Below are positions 49,061 to 61,480 of a stretch of DNA of 64,000 nt, piece after piece; the first letter of the stretch is position 1, and each line of letters begins with the position of its first letter. This DNA comes from Vicugna vicugna (lineage: Eukaryota). The stretch covers positions 186,001 through 250,000 of the forward strand of contig MU058103.1 of the NCBI GenBank assembly GCA_013265495.1. Direction: 5' to 3'. A program made the position numbers and the translations under genes. The notes under the pieces are model-generated. The model worked only from the letters and a program-made list of their open reading frames with translations, did not search any database and was not told the origin of the DNA.

Positions 49061-50461
49061 CCTCTTCTCCAGGTAGATAGAATGCAAACCTCTATCTTGT
49101 ACTTAAAATAAACATTATAATAGTTAAATTCTCTCCCTATTCTAATTTTATATCAAAAGATCCATAAAAGTCAGTGTCTAGAGGTGAAAGGACTTGCTCA
49201 CATTCAAAATAATTATTAATCTGCAGACTAAAACTCGAAGCCCTGATACCCAAACCATAATTATTTATCGGGTCAGTGCTAAAGAAGCAAAGCAGGAAAT
49301 ATTCAGTGCATGGAAATTGACTTGGTTTAATTTTTTTTTAAGCTTGTGGAACTATGGTCTCTCTTATTTGAATGCAGCACAAAGAGACAAAAGAAATACA
49401 AATAGCCTTAAAATATTTCACTGCTCTGTGTTTGAAATTCATCATTTTCTCAACCTCTATTCTGGATTTCATATACACTTTGAGAATAATTGCAGCCTAT
49501 ACTTTGACAATTTCTCTTTCTTTCCCCTCTCTCTCTTTGTGCTTACTTACATCAAAAGTGCCTATCCACTGTGCTTTTATTTATTTTTTTTATTTTTTAG
49601 TGAGTGACAATTTGTCATGTCTGTTTGGCCTGTAAGGCAAGGGTGAGGATTATTTAATCAGCACGTTAGTGTGAAAGATGCCTTAGACAGTCTTCAATTT
49701 GTACAGAGTAGGCTAGTTGCAGTCTGTTCAAACTGGACAGAGGCTCTCTGTGAGCTGAAAATTATGAAACATTGGTTAGAATCTTATACTCCCAATGGCT
49801 CAGGAAAATAAATGTGTATTTATTGAGCAGCTGTTGTAGGCCAGGAACCAGACATACAACAAGTACTCACTATTCAAATTTTGCTTACACTGTCAGGTTG
49901 GTGCTAATCTGAGTTCTACTTACAATACTTCCACTTATTAACTCTTGGCAAATCATTTAGCCTCTCTCATTCCTTTCTCTTTCTTTTGTGAAATGGGTAC
50001 ATTTTCAGTGTGTAGTGCAGTGGGATTGCAATGACTAGAGGAAGGGCACACTACTCGCCATGCTCATGGTGCTTCTTCCATGAGATGAATACTTGCAGCA
50101 TTTCTCTATTGGCAGTGCCCACACTCATCCAATATTTGTTATTTTTATATCAGACTGTTGTAGGTAAGTGATTTTTCACCATTTGCACTATCCGAGTCCA
50201 GATATAATCATGTTTGCCTTTATCACATTTAAACAGCAATTTTTCTCTCATCTTTGCAGTAAGCTGTGTTTAAAAAATATATACAAGCATGGGTTGTAAT
50301 TATTGTGCTAAGAGAGAACCCATGCTATCCTCTTTCCTGCTCTCTCTTTAACATTGGCTGTGATACTTTAAATAAATTAAGATAGCTAATCTGAAAAGAC
50401 AGTGCAGAGGAGTTGGTCCATAGTAAACCTTCAACATTTTACATCTAAGTTAAATAATGGT

Positions 50462-50583
50462 AAGCCAACTATACTTCAATTAAAATAAACACATAAACAT
50501 ATAAAGAAAGAAAGGGAGGAAGGAAGGAAGAAGGAAAGAACGAAGGAGGGAAGGAAGGAGGGAAGGAAGGAAGGAAGGAAGGA

Positions 50584-50642
<59 letters not shown>

Positions 50643-50662
50643 TAGAAAGAAAAGATGGAAGG
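50462..50662 (+). mobile_element. Extremely 5'-truncated L1 whose tail is a (GGAA)n(GAAA)n purine tract
   Basis: caactatacttcaatt is identical to the 3' terminus of the large L1 (7149-7164). Candidate TSD aaataatggt (50452-50461) / aaagaatggt (50663-50672). Confidence 0.7.
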
Positions 50663-50921
50663 AAAGAATGGTGTCAACAAAAACAAAAGAACTATAATTA
50701 TCAGATGTTATTAAATAAGAAATAAGCTATCTTAGAATAGTTTTCAACAAATAGCATAGAATATACAAAAATATTCTACTCAGGCAACCAGAAACATCAG
50801 TTCATTTGAAAAGCTGAGTCGACTCCACAAGAGGATAGACTAACACATATCATGCATTTTCAGTCATATGACTGCAAGTGGTAGATGCAAAATGAACCCA
50901 TACACAGGGCTCGTAGTGATC

Positions 50922-51520
50922 TATTCATTTAACAAGTACTTATGGAGCTCCTACTGTATGCCAGGCACTCTTCCAGATGCTGGGGATATAGCAGCGAACA
51001 GAACATATACAAATTTATTCTTTTATGAAACCTACATTCTAATGAGGCTAATAGAGAGTAAACAAGGTAAATAAGTAACGTGTAGGTTGTGTTAAATAAA
51101 TCTGAATATTCATGAAAACAGTACAATAAGATAAAGTGATATGAGCTATCCTGGGGGTGTTTACATTTCAGATAGAGTGGCTGAGACATCCCTGAAAAGA
51201 AGCTCTTAAAGCAAAATGGGAAGGAAATGAGTAGTTGAGCCTTGAGAATATCTGGATGGAGAACATACCAGGCAGAGGGAGTAGAAAGTGCGAAGAGCCT
51301 GAAGAGGGTGGGGGCGTGCTCAGTATGCGGGAGGCAAAACAAGCCCCTTGTGGCTGGAGCAAAGTGTAAGCAGTAGAAAGAGGTGAGGTGGAGAGGGAAA
51401 GGGAAGAAGGTCATCCATGGTCTTGTGGACCATAGTAATGACGTCAGAATGCACTTTGGCATTTAATCTGAGTCAGGAAGTTTCTAAAGAATTTGAACAG
51501 ATAAGACATGATCTGACTTT
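50922..51520 (-). mobile_element. L2a-like LINE 3' part
   Basis: attcatttaacaagtacttatggagctcctactgtatgccaggcactcttccagatgctggggatatagcag...gtggctggagcaaagtg...gacatgatctgactt. Confidence 0.9.
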
Positions 51521-52759
51521 AAGGGGTCCACACCTGATTTAAGCTTAATATAAAAGCATTACTTGACTTTGTAATGAATCATTTTATTGTGCTAGTATTC
51601 CTCATCAACTTACATACTTCCAGTCTAAAAAAAAAAAGAAAATATAAAGAAACTAAGCAAAACTATATTAAATTGATGGGAGCATCTTCCATGTGAAACC
51701 CACGTGTAGACCCTGGCTATCCTCAGTCTCTACCTAAGAGCTCTAAGTCCCTTCTTCCAGTGGCCTGACAATCTCTTTCTGTTTGTCATGAAGGCTATTG
51801 TTATTTTTATCCTTATCCTCTTCCTCCTCCTCCTCAGATGATTATTTTAATTTATCTGAAGGCTTAAGATCATTTTGGAGGGGGTAGAGTGCACCAAACA
51901 ATGAAGTTAAAATTCTGTAGCTGGTAAATTCAACCTTAATTGGATCCCTCTCCATCTATAAAGGTAGCAATCCTAGAGACTTAGGAGTGACAGAGAAAAT
52001 AAGTGGAGGCACTTGTTTTCATGTATTTGTGGTATATTGGATCCTCTGATCTATCAGAAGATTAGATAGATATAGACATAGATGATATAGATGTAGATAT
52101 AGATATAGAGGTAATATATGCAAGACAGCTTTTCTTAATGAGGAAAGATATTAGTGTTCATCTGCTATTAAATGTCAGGTGCTTGATGTATTCTATTTCA
52201 CTCATTCTTCCCACATGTAAGATTTGAATTTATATCCCCATTTTATAGATGAGGAGATAAGGCCATGGAAATTAAATGATTTACCCAAGGGATTTTAACT
52301 CATGTTCTACCCAAATCTAAATGCAGTAACATGCCACTGCATTTCACTTTCAGAGATATGTAGTTGCTATGCCAACCTTTCCCTGCTTACTTCCACTATT
52401 TGTTTTGATAAGGCTCAGCATTATTTCCAGATATGCCAGATGGGGTCCCAGAATCTTTCCCACCAGTATTCTAGATGGCCAGTCCCAGGCGGATAGAATC
52501 AGCTGATGAGATGAAACCCATTTCCCAGCTGTTCTTGTACTATCCCACACAGCTCTCTCTTCTTACCTTTCAAATGATGAGCAATTTCCCCCTACAATTA
52601 ATTGCAGAATATACTGTGATTGAGACTTAACATCACCTGGTGATTGCCTTTAACAGCCATTAGAAAAGAAACCTTTCTCGGGTCATCAACTCCACCATCT
52701 ACAATTTGCTAAAACTAGGAAATGAAGGACCCACCCGGATTGCCTTTTGTGCTTCATGC

Positions 52760-53540
52760 ACCATATGCAATCCAGCACAATCTTCTGTCAGCTCTACCTA
52801 CAAAATATACCCAAAGTCTGACCCCTTTCTCTGTCTCCACTGCTACCAACTTATTTCAAGATTGGTATTATTAGTATCAGATCTTGCCTGAACTACTGCA
52901 ATTGCCTACATACTTTCATGCATCGTTCTTTACAAAATTTTACCTGTAACACAGCCAGAAAAGACATTTATGTGAATCAAGTCATTGTTCTTGTTAGAAT
53001 AAAATCCAAATTTGTTAACATGTAACAGCTTTAGTTACCTTACATCTACTTGCTTCTGTGAATGTAGCTTCTCCCTTTCTTCTTCTCTTTCTTGACCTAG
53101 AGAGCTAGGTGCTCTAGAATGTACTAGAGAGCTGCTATAGAAGCCCTAGATGCTCTAGAGATCAGAAATGCTTCTTTAGACATTGGTCCCCTTTGTGTCA
53201 TTGAAGAGACCCAAGCTCATTTCTGTCTCGGGGTGTTTGCTTTTGACCTTTCGTCTGCCATCAGGTTCTTTCTTCTGGTTTAATTCTTTTTTGTCAGGTC
53301 TCAGGTCAAATATCTCCTTTCCCAGAGAATATTTCCTGATTCCCTGACTCCTATCTGGAGTAGTTCCTTATCTTCCTGGTGTTCTTCCATGAATTACTGA
53401 TTGAAGTCTTCTTATGTGTTTGCTTAATCATCCATTGTCTGTCTCTGTCTCTGGAATGGAAGCTCCATTAGAGAAGTCTCTCTAATCTCCCATTCACCAC
53501 CAAGCCCCCAGTGCTTGCATTAAGCCAGCCGCAAAGGCTC
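52760..53540 (+). mobile_element. L2 relic
   Basis: tctgtcagctctacctacaaaatatacc...cctgaactactgcaat...tagaataaaatccaaa...tctcaggtcaaatatctcctt...gaatggaagctccat. Confidence 0.75.
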
Positions 53541-54269
53541 AATTGCCATTTCCTAGGGGGGTGAGTAACAAGTATCCGAGTTGTTAAAGCCATTGATCAC
53601 AATATCTATCTGATCGTTACATGTATGGTAGCAGCTCCCTGTCCTCTGGGACCACTACTCCTCAGTTAACAGAAAAATCAGAGTTAGAAGCTAATGTGTA
53701 AAGCATGGCATATAGTTGATAGTCTATTTTCTTGTAAGTTTTCTTTTTGGCCTACAATGAAAAGAAACACCTCTGTATTAAGACTGTTGTTTGCACGTAT
53801 TAAATCCTGCCCTGGACACAAACTTTATTGACCCCATAATCGCAGACTGCCTGGTTCCTCCTGGATTCAGTGAGTCCTGCCTGTCAGTATCTTCCCATTC
53901 TACCTCTCACTTTAGATAACGGCACGTGAGCCCTAGGGACTAGTCCAAGCAGCCTCCGTGGTTCTGGATTTTGCATTTTGGTGTTCCGAATTTCTGACTT
54001 GCAGTTTTCATATAGATTTTAAAACCTGATTTGAAAAAATAATCCTGAGAGACAAGGCTATACTGGACTATAGAAATAGACACATTTGTCAGAGCAGGCT
54101 TTGCTGGTTTTCACTTCCTAATTCAGTCACCAGACAGGCACTTTCTCCAAGTAGCTAATGCTCTACCCATACTGAAATGTGTTCAATTCTCTAAATGCAG
54201 CAAGGTCTTTTTTTTCCTTCTGGGAAAAAGTCAGATGAAAACTCAAATGTTTTGGCTTTACCTGAAAGA

Positions 54270-54575
54270 TGTTTTACCCTTCACTTCTCTTCGCTGGCTA
54301 GCTCTCCTTTAACTTTCAGGTCTAGTTTCTGTCTCACTTCCTTTAGAAAACTTTCCCTGGCACTATCACACCCCACCCCATGCTCCCCAAGCTGGAGTTG
54401 CTGTTTGTTCACATGAACATCCATAGCATACAGAATTCTCACTGTCACACGTTTTGTGCTTTATTCACTTAGCTGAGCTCAATGGGGACAGGGACTGAAT
54501 CTGTCTTCTTTGTTCCAGGTTTTATGCACAGTAATAATTCAATAAAAAATAATGAGTGAACAGATGAATGAATCA
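54270..54575 (+). mobile_element. L2 3'-end relic
   Basis: tcacttcctttagaaaactttccctg...ggacagggactgaatctgtc...ttcaataaaaaataatgagtgaacagatgaatgaat. Confidence 0.75.
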
Positions 54576-57500
54576 TTTCTAGCCTGTCCTGCTTCTAATT
54601 GTCCTGTTGTGTAGATTTCATCAAAGGGTAATCTCCGTGAAGACAAGGAACAATTCTTTTATGATTTGTTTGTATCCTTCATGGACTGAGTGTATTCCAA
54701 GTCACAGAGCAGATGCTTGATCAAAATCACAGTTAATTGCATTGAAAATCAAATAAAGCACAGTAGTATCACTTTGTAATTTTTTTCCAAGTTGTACACA
54801 TGCCTTATGTACACTTTTCTGTGTATATTTTATAGTTTAATAGAAAAAGATTTAAAATTGTTGTACAATAAGATGAAGGAATTGATGCATTCATAGTGTT
54901 AATCATCTTTATGAAGCTTCTTGGAAATAGATCTTGAGATTGAGAGATACATAGAAATAAATTAATAGGAGACTGAGGTTAGAGCATCTCTAGGAAGGGA
55001 ACAGTCCTCCAAAGGTCCTGAGAGCAGGGCGTCAGGTAGTCACAGGGAGGAGGACCAAAAACAGTGAGGCTGCGGAAGTACAAAGGCCAGAGGCTGGAGA
55101 GCCTGGAGGTCACTGCTGAGAATCTTGGTTGTTGTTTTAAGATCAATAGGGAGCTTCTGGAAGGGTTATAAGTTGAGAAAAAAAAATTCTGGCTTAAGAA
55201 TCGAGACCATATTTCAAGTGGTGGTAGTTTGGACTGGATTCTAAAGATTGAAAAGGAATGAGAGGAGAAAGAGAGAGATGGATTTTGATGATACCTAAGA
55301 AGTACATCACTAAATTTATAGGATATGCAGGTGTACCAAGAATTTGATTCCTATTTTCTTTATCAAGCAGAAAATAAATATTTTATTGTTTTTCACTATA
55401 TTAATTTTAGCGAGATTTTTCTGTGCTCTGGATCTTAGATCATTACCCGAAAGGACCTGTACAATCATTCTCTGATTTTAAGTTCTCTAACCTAATTGTC
55501 ATGAGCATCTTATTGACTGTTAACATCGATTAGTATGTATCTGTTACTCTCAATATGGCCACTGTTTTATGGGCTCACTTTAAATAAAATGGTGACAGTT
55601 ATTTAGTAGAGCAATAATGGTTGATATTGAAATCAATATGATTGAAGAGGAAGATAATCAGTAAATCTCTCTGCTTCTCCTTGAGATTTTTTTTTTATTT
55701 AAGTAATTTGTCTTCTCTTTAGACACTACTGTGTGACAGTTTTCATAAAAATGCAAAATGCTTTGATGGCAAAGAAGGTGCTCAATTCTATTGCATCCAG
55801 TCCATGTAAAAATAAATAAAGACACACATACAGACACACACAAACCCCTTCAGTAAAGCTTTTCATGGTCTACTCTCTGCCCACTTCTTCGCACTCAGTT
55901 CTGTCCATTTCCTCAATGCCACTGTGCCACAGTCATTACCAAGTATTTTGTAATCTCCAAGTTGTCATGTTTATAAATTCCTTACTGTCTTAGTACCTGT
56001 TCTTCTCATTGCTTTGTATCCCTTCTCTCTTTTCCAAAGTGCTTGACATATAGTCAATGTGCAATAAATGCCCATATTATTATTATATGAAAAACATGCA
56101 TAATTCTAATGGAATAGTATTCAGAACTGGATGGATTTTAGATAGGTTGTTTTAGCTGAAAGGTAAAGGAAGACTGTTTGCAGACCATGCGAAATCCAGG
56201 GAAGAATGACAGTCACAACAGAATTAGGAGAATAGGAATACAGACAGAAACATAGGTTGGGTTGACAATTAAATACATAGAAGCAAGAAGAGTTGTCAAT
56301 ATTCAGTTGAGTAGATTTAATGTGACTCCCAGGTTTCTGGTTTGGACTACTGGGTTGGCAGTGGTAACTCTCAGAATAAATTCTGAGTTGTGAAATACTG
56401 AGTTTAATTTTATATGTATTGAATTTGTGATATTTGTGGCACAGCTAGTTAAATGCCTGATAGACAGTTAAACATCAACTTAAGCTATTAACATTACGAT
56501 TGGTAATTTTTTAAAAAGTACTTATGTATCAGAGAAGTGACAGCTTAACTCTGCAAAGGAAGAATCATTGATTTGTATTATGCTAATAATGAAGAAGACA
56601 ATGTTTATTTTCATTAAATAGATTACTCTAGGACATTCAGCTAGTAAGTGACAATCCTTCATTTGACTACCTTGCTTTCTCTATTACAACTTGTTATTTC
56701 CTTTATGTGACAGAGATTGAAAAGAGGTGGAGTAGGAAATTTGGTCTGAGTAAGATTAATTTCCCTCCTCTTTAGCAGATAAAATAGCACCACCCAACAA
56801 ACATACACTGAACATCTACTGCGTGCCAGAAAGCATGCTCACTGTTTGGAATATGACAGCAAACAGGGCACCATTTATTTGCCAGCATATCTGCAAGGAG
56901 CAGAAGTCTGAAAGATATGGGGCATATGGAGGTGAATTACCGTTTTATGGAATCTCCTTGGAAGGAGACTTTCAGTGTTTGATAACAGCAGTCAAAGAAT
57001 GGAGACTGCTTATTGCCTCTTGTTTTTTCTTTTGTTAGACATTGTCATTCCCACCTTCTGAACTGCGCTCATCAATTCTTTCATTACTGGGGAATATGAC
57101 CAAGAGGGAAAAGCAGCGTGTTTCTTTATCATCTTCTGGAGATACTGGAAAAATATAGTGGAGCAGGCTCGGAAACTCTATCAGTTCAGTTTCCTCCAGA
57201 TTCTCCCTCTTCCATCTCTTACAAGAGTGAACACATAGATCTGTACTGCTGTTCTGTATTTTGAGAATTTTGACTTTGAAATGTCTGAGCTGTTTCACGT
57301 AAAGCTCTTTGACCTTTTTAATACCAATTCAGTAATGTGTCTTCATCAGCCCTGAAGCTGAAAGAAGATTGAATAAGAAGCATTCCAGAGCAAGGATTAG
57401 GAAGATGAAGTGTAAAGTCAGCTCATTATTGAGTTTCTACAATAGCCTCCACACAGCACTAGATCATGATAATGAAAAAGGACAAAAGAGACATATGTAT

Positions 57501-59769
57501 CCATTGAGTAACAGAGCGATACTTACTTAGTGCCTTCACATTTGTTATGCACTCAGTACTCATGAGAGTCCCACAAAGTAGGCATTACTATTTCTATTTC
57601 AAAGATAAGGAGACTAAATTATTTGGGGGGATACCTAAATTACTCCCCCTAGGTCATATAACTAGTGGGATTCATATCTATACTTTCACAAATTCATAAT
57701 CTAGAGTGTGGGGAGAGGAGGTGGCAATATGTAATATGAGTTTTTAAATTATATTTGGTGAGTTGAAATGGACACTCATAACATCAAACACAAGATTTTT
57801 CATGGCAAGTTGATAAATATGTAATTTAGGTCATAAGTGCTCTTGAAATTAAGGGGTCATGGGTGGGGATCAGGGACTAATGAATGCTGCAGTCAGCAGA
57901 GAAGTTCTTGCTGAGGTCTTGAAAATCAAAATAGTCCTAGGATGTGACAATGTCTGCAGTGATTGTGACAGCAAGAGAGAATGAAGAGCATTGAGCATGA
58001 GAATAGCATGTTCACTTAAGAGACTTAGTCCTTCAGCCAAAGTATGAACTCCAGCACCCAGGGTCATGTTGGAATGAAGTTCCACATCTCTCTGTCCTCC
58101 AGATAATCCAGTTCCATATAGATTTTACTGACATAGGCACCTTCTATCTTAGCTCTGTCCTGGGTCGATGTGTCTCCTTAACCATTTTCTAACCTAGGAC
58201 TTTAGGACTCCTGATTATTGTGTTGTATAGTATCATTATGCAACAAACTACCATCTAGTAGGGAACAGTCCATTCTCTATCATAGAGAAAATCAGCTTTA
58301 CTTGCTGATGCATCACTGTCATCATTCTTCAATAATTACCCATATGTTCAGGAAGCTTTTAGAATGAGCTTACCATTCATTCTCATGCTAATTATTGGCT
58401 GTGGCAAAGCTCATTTTTCAATATTGAGATCACACTGTTTATGGGTCCTGATAGGTTGTTTGTTCTGGATTGATGCATTAGAATTTTGCAAGAAGGTGCA
58501 CATTTGAATTACAAATCAATTTTAAGATAACTTGTTTTTTTTAACCAAAATGCATCCTAGAGAGTATAATGCTCTTGGATGATAATATTGACTTCAAAAA
58601 AACTGTCATAGAAAAAAAATATATATATAGCCATTGAACTATAAATGCTGAATGATCATTCACCAGTTGGTCATCTATCTTCTAATTCTTAGTTGCTATC
58701 TGCACTGTCATATTAATTTTCAGAAATTTATTCTGATTCAACATTTTATTGAATATCCATCTAATATATTGTTAATGTTAAAAAACTTATCTGATAGATG
58801 TGGAAGATTGAAAAAATTGATAAAGATGCTCCAACAGATATATTATTGTGGTCTGAAGAGGCCTTAATTCCATCTAGGAAACAGCATATTTCTTCAGATG
58901 CTTTTGACTATATTTTTAGACCTGACTTTTATTTGACTAGTCTTTCTTTCTACCCAATTACGATAAAGCAGAAGATTGTACCAATCAAATAAGAACTGGC
59001 TTCTGGCTTTCTATGGTCATGGGCAGATGTGTCAAATGAAGTTTTACTCATTGACCTTAACTGATGTTTCCAGAAGATTTGATGGACTCCAATCGTTCAA
59101 GAGTATACAAAAGCAGAGCTTAACTTGCATCCAATACATAGCCTATAAAGTGATGATTGTCAGGATTTCTTCATAGAGAGAGTGAGAGCACTAGGACAAG
59201 GTGGGTTACAATATCATTTTTCATCATCTAATTTCCCATTGTGTCTTAGGAACTTTTCTTTAGTCGACGCATAGTTCGCAAGTACCTGAGATATAGCATG
59301 CATCTTGCCAGAGGTGGAGCACAAAATCAAAGCATGAGTTCTGTTGCTTCTGCTCTTACTGGCAAGTGGTCGGTGCTTACACTTGATCTGGGATTTAAAG
59401 AAGAGTAGATTTGGACTGAGTAAAGAAAGAGGCATTAGTACTGCAATATTCTCAAGTGAGTAGAGAAAATGGTGGAAGAAATATTGGCTGAAAAGAGAGT
59501 TTGGAGTCATACCTTACTGCATCCCAAATGCCATTCTAAGAAGTTTGGACTTCATTCTCTTAAGTAACAGGGAGTCATAGAAAGTTTTTAAGGAGAAGAA
59601 ATTCTTCATAATCTGTTTTTTTTAAATTTAGTATTTATTAACTATTATGTGGCAGGTCTGAGCTGGCCTATGTCTCTATAAGATAAATTATATAAGATTC
59701 AAATCCTCAGTGAGCCAATAATCTTAGGTGGGGGTAGGGGTGTATATATGCATACATATCAAAGATTCC

Positions 59770-61270
59770 AACCTCTTTCCATCTATATTCTCCCCTTCCC
59801 TTATTCCAAGACATCACCATGTTCTACCTGGACAGTTATTACACCTTTTTTCTGTAACTCATTTCTTACCATCTTTCTCCTCACCAATCTGGTCTCTGCA
59901 TACCAGTTAGAGTTATAAAACTATAATATTTCTCTCATGCTTAAAGATACTGCCATGGCTTTATATGATACTTTGAATAAAATCCAAACTCTTCGCCCTG
60001 GCCTGTCTGGTACAGAAATACTCAGATCTGTGAACTGCTCCATCCTCATAGCTCTGACTGCTACAACACCCGCTCTCTGAGCTACAGTTTCACTGACTTC
60101 TTTTATCTCTCAACTATATTAAGTTCTTTTCTGCCTCAAGTTGTTTGAATGTGTTTTACTTCTTCATTGAATTTTGTGTCCTTGGTTCTTTGCCCAGTTT
60201 CTACTCTTCTGTTAAGCTTTGAGTTGAAAGTCACTGCCTCAGAGAACACTTCTTTTGTTAATCCACAGAGATTTTCCTCCAGCCCTGTTATTATCTATCC
60301 CTAAATCCAGTCTACTGCTCATATGGTACTCATCCCAATATATTCTCATTTATTTGTCCACTTATTTTTTTATTAAAGTATAGCTGATTTACTATGTTGT
60401 ATTAGTTTCTGGCATACAGCATAGTGACTCAGTTATACATATATTTTTTTCTCATTTTTTCATTATATGTTATTACAAGATATTGAATATAGTTTTCTGT
60501 GCTATGTAGTAGAACCCTGTTCTTTATCTGTTTTATATATAGTAGTTTGTATTTGCTAATCACAGACTCCAAATTTATCCCTCCCCTCTTTCTCCTTTGG
60601 TAATCACAAGTTTATTTTCTATGTCTGTGGGTCTATTTCTGCTTTGTAAATAAGTTCATTTATGTCATATTTTAGATTCCACATATAAGTGATATCATGT
60701 AGCATTTGTCTTTCTCTTTTTGACTTATTTCACTTGGTATGATAATTTCCAGGTTTGTCCATGTTGCTGCAAATGGTATTATTTCATTTTTCATTGCTGA
60801 GTAGTATTCCACTGTATAAATATACCACAGCTTCTTTATCCAGTCATCTGCCAATGGACATTTAAGTTGCTTCCATGTCTTGGCTATTGTAAATAGTGCT
60901 GCTATGAACATTGGGGTGCATGTACCTTTTCAAATTAGAGTATCCTCTGGATATATGCCCTGGAGTGGGATTGCTGGATCATGTGGTAACTCTATTTTCA
61001 GTTTTTTTAAGGAACCTTCATACTGTTCCCATAGTAGCTGCACCAATTTACATTCCCACCAACAGTGTAAGAGAATTCTGTTTTCTCCACAGCCTCTCCA
61101 GCATTTATCGTTTGTGGCCTTTTTCTACTTGTTTAATGTTTGTCTGTACCACTAGTTTATGAGATTCATAAATCATGAGCCTTTGCTCTTCTATTCCCCA
61201 ATGTTTACCGAAGGCCTAGAACAATGCCAGAAAAAGAGTGGACACTCATTAAATATCCATTAAATTGAGC
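59770..61270 (+). mobile_element. L2 relic split by an L1 insertion
   Basis: gaataaaatccaaactctt...tcactgcctcagagaac...tttatttgtccactt [L1] gtttaatgtttgtctgtaccactag...cctagaacaatgcc...cactcattaaatat. Confidence 0.75.
60365..61118 (-). mobile_element. 5'-truncated L1 (3'UTR plus ORF2 C-terminus)
   Basis: Minus-strand ORF MFIAALFTIAKTWKQLKCP...WIKKLWYIYTVEYYSA is the L1 ORF2p C-terminus. T-run at 60365; decayed TSD ttgtccacttattt / ttttctacttgttt. Confidence 0.95.
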
Positions 61271-61480
61271 ACATAAAAATTGATCATTTACTGAGAATGT
61301 CTTTTTGCAAAATGGGAAAACACAGGATACTTAGTATTTGCTATATCAACCATGTTTACTGCTCTTATTCCCATTTAAAGCTTTTAACCTTAGGGAAAAC
61401 CAGGAATCAAAAAAGTCTAAAGTTTGGTTCTTTCTTTAAACGGACTTGAAAGAAGGGCCTGGATAGTGCACCATACAAAG

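Noticed and set aside
50929..51462. Longest ORF in the track (177 aa)
   Set aside because: Entirely within an L2 3' relic, non-ATG start, no recognisable domain.
19743..58260. Weaker CTCF-like words near 19743, 47949 and 58250
   Set aside because: Each has two mismatches in the core, which is plausible by chance in 64 kb.
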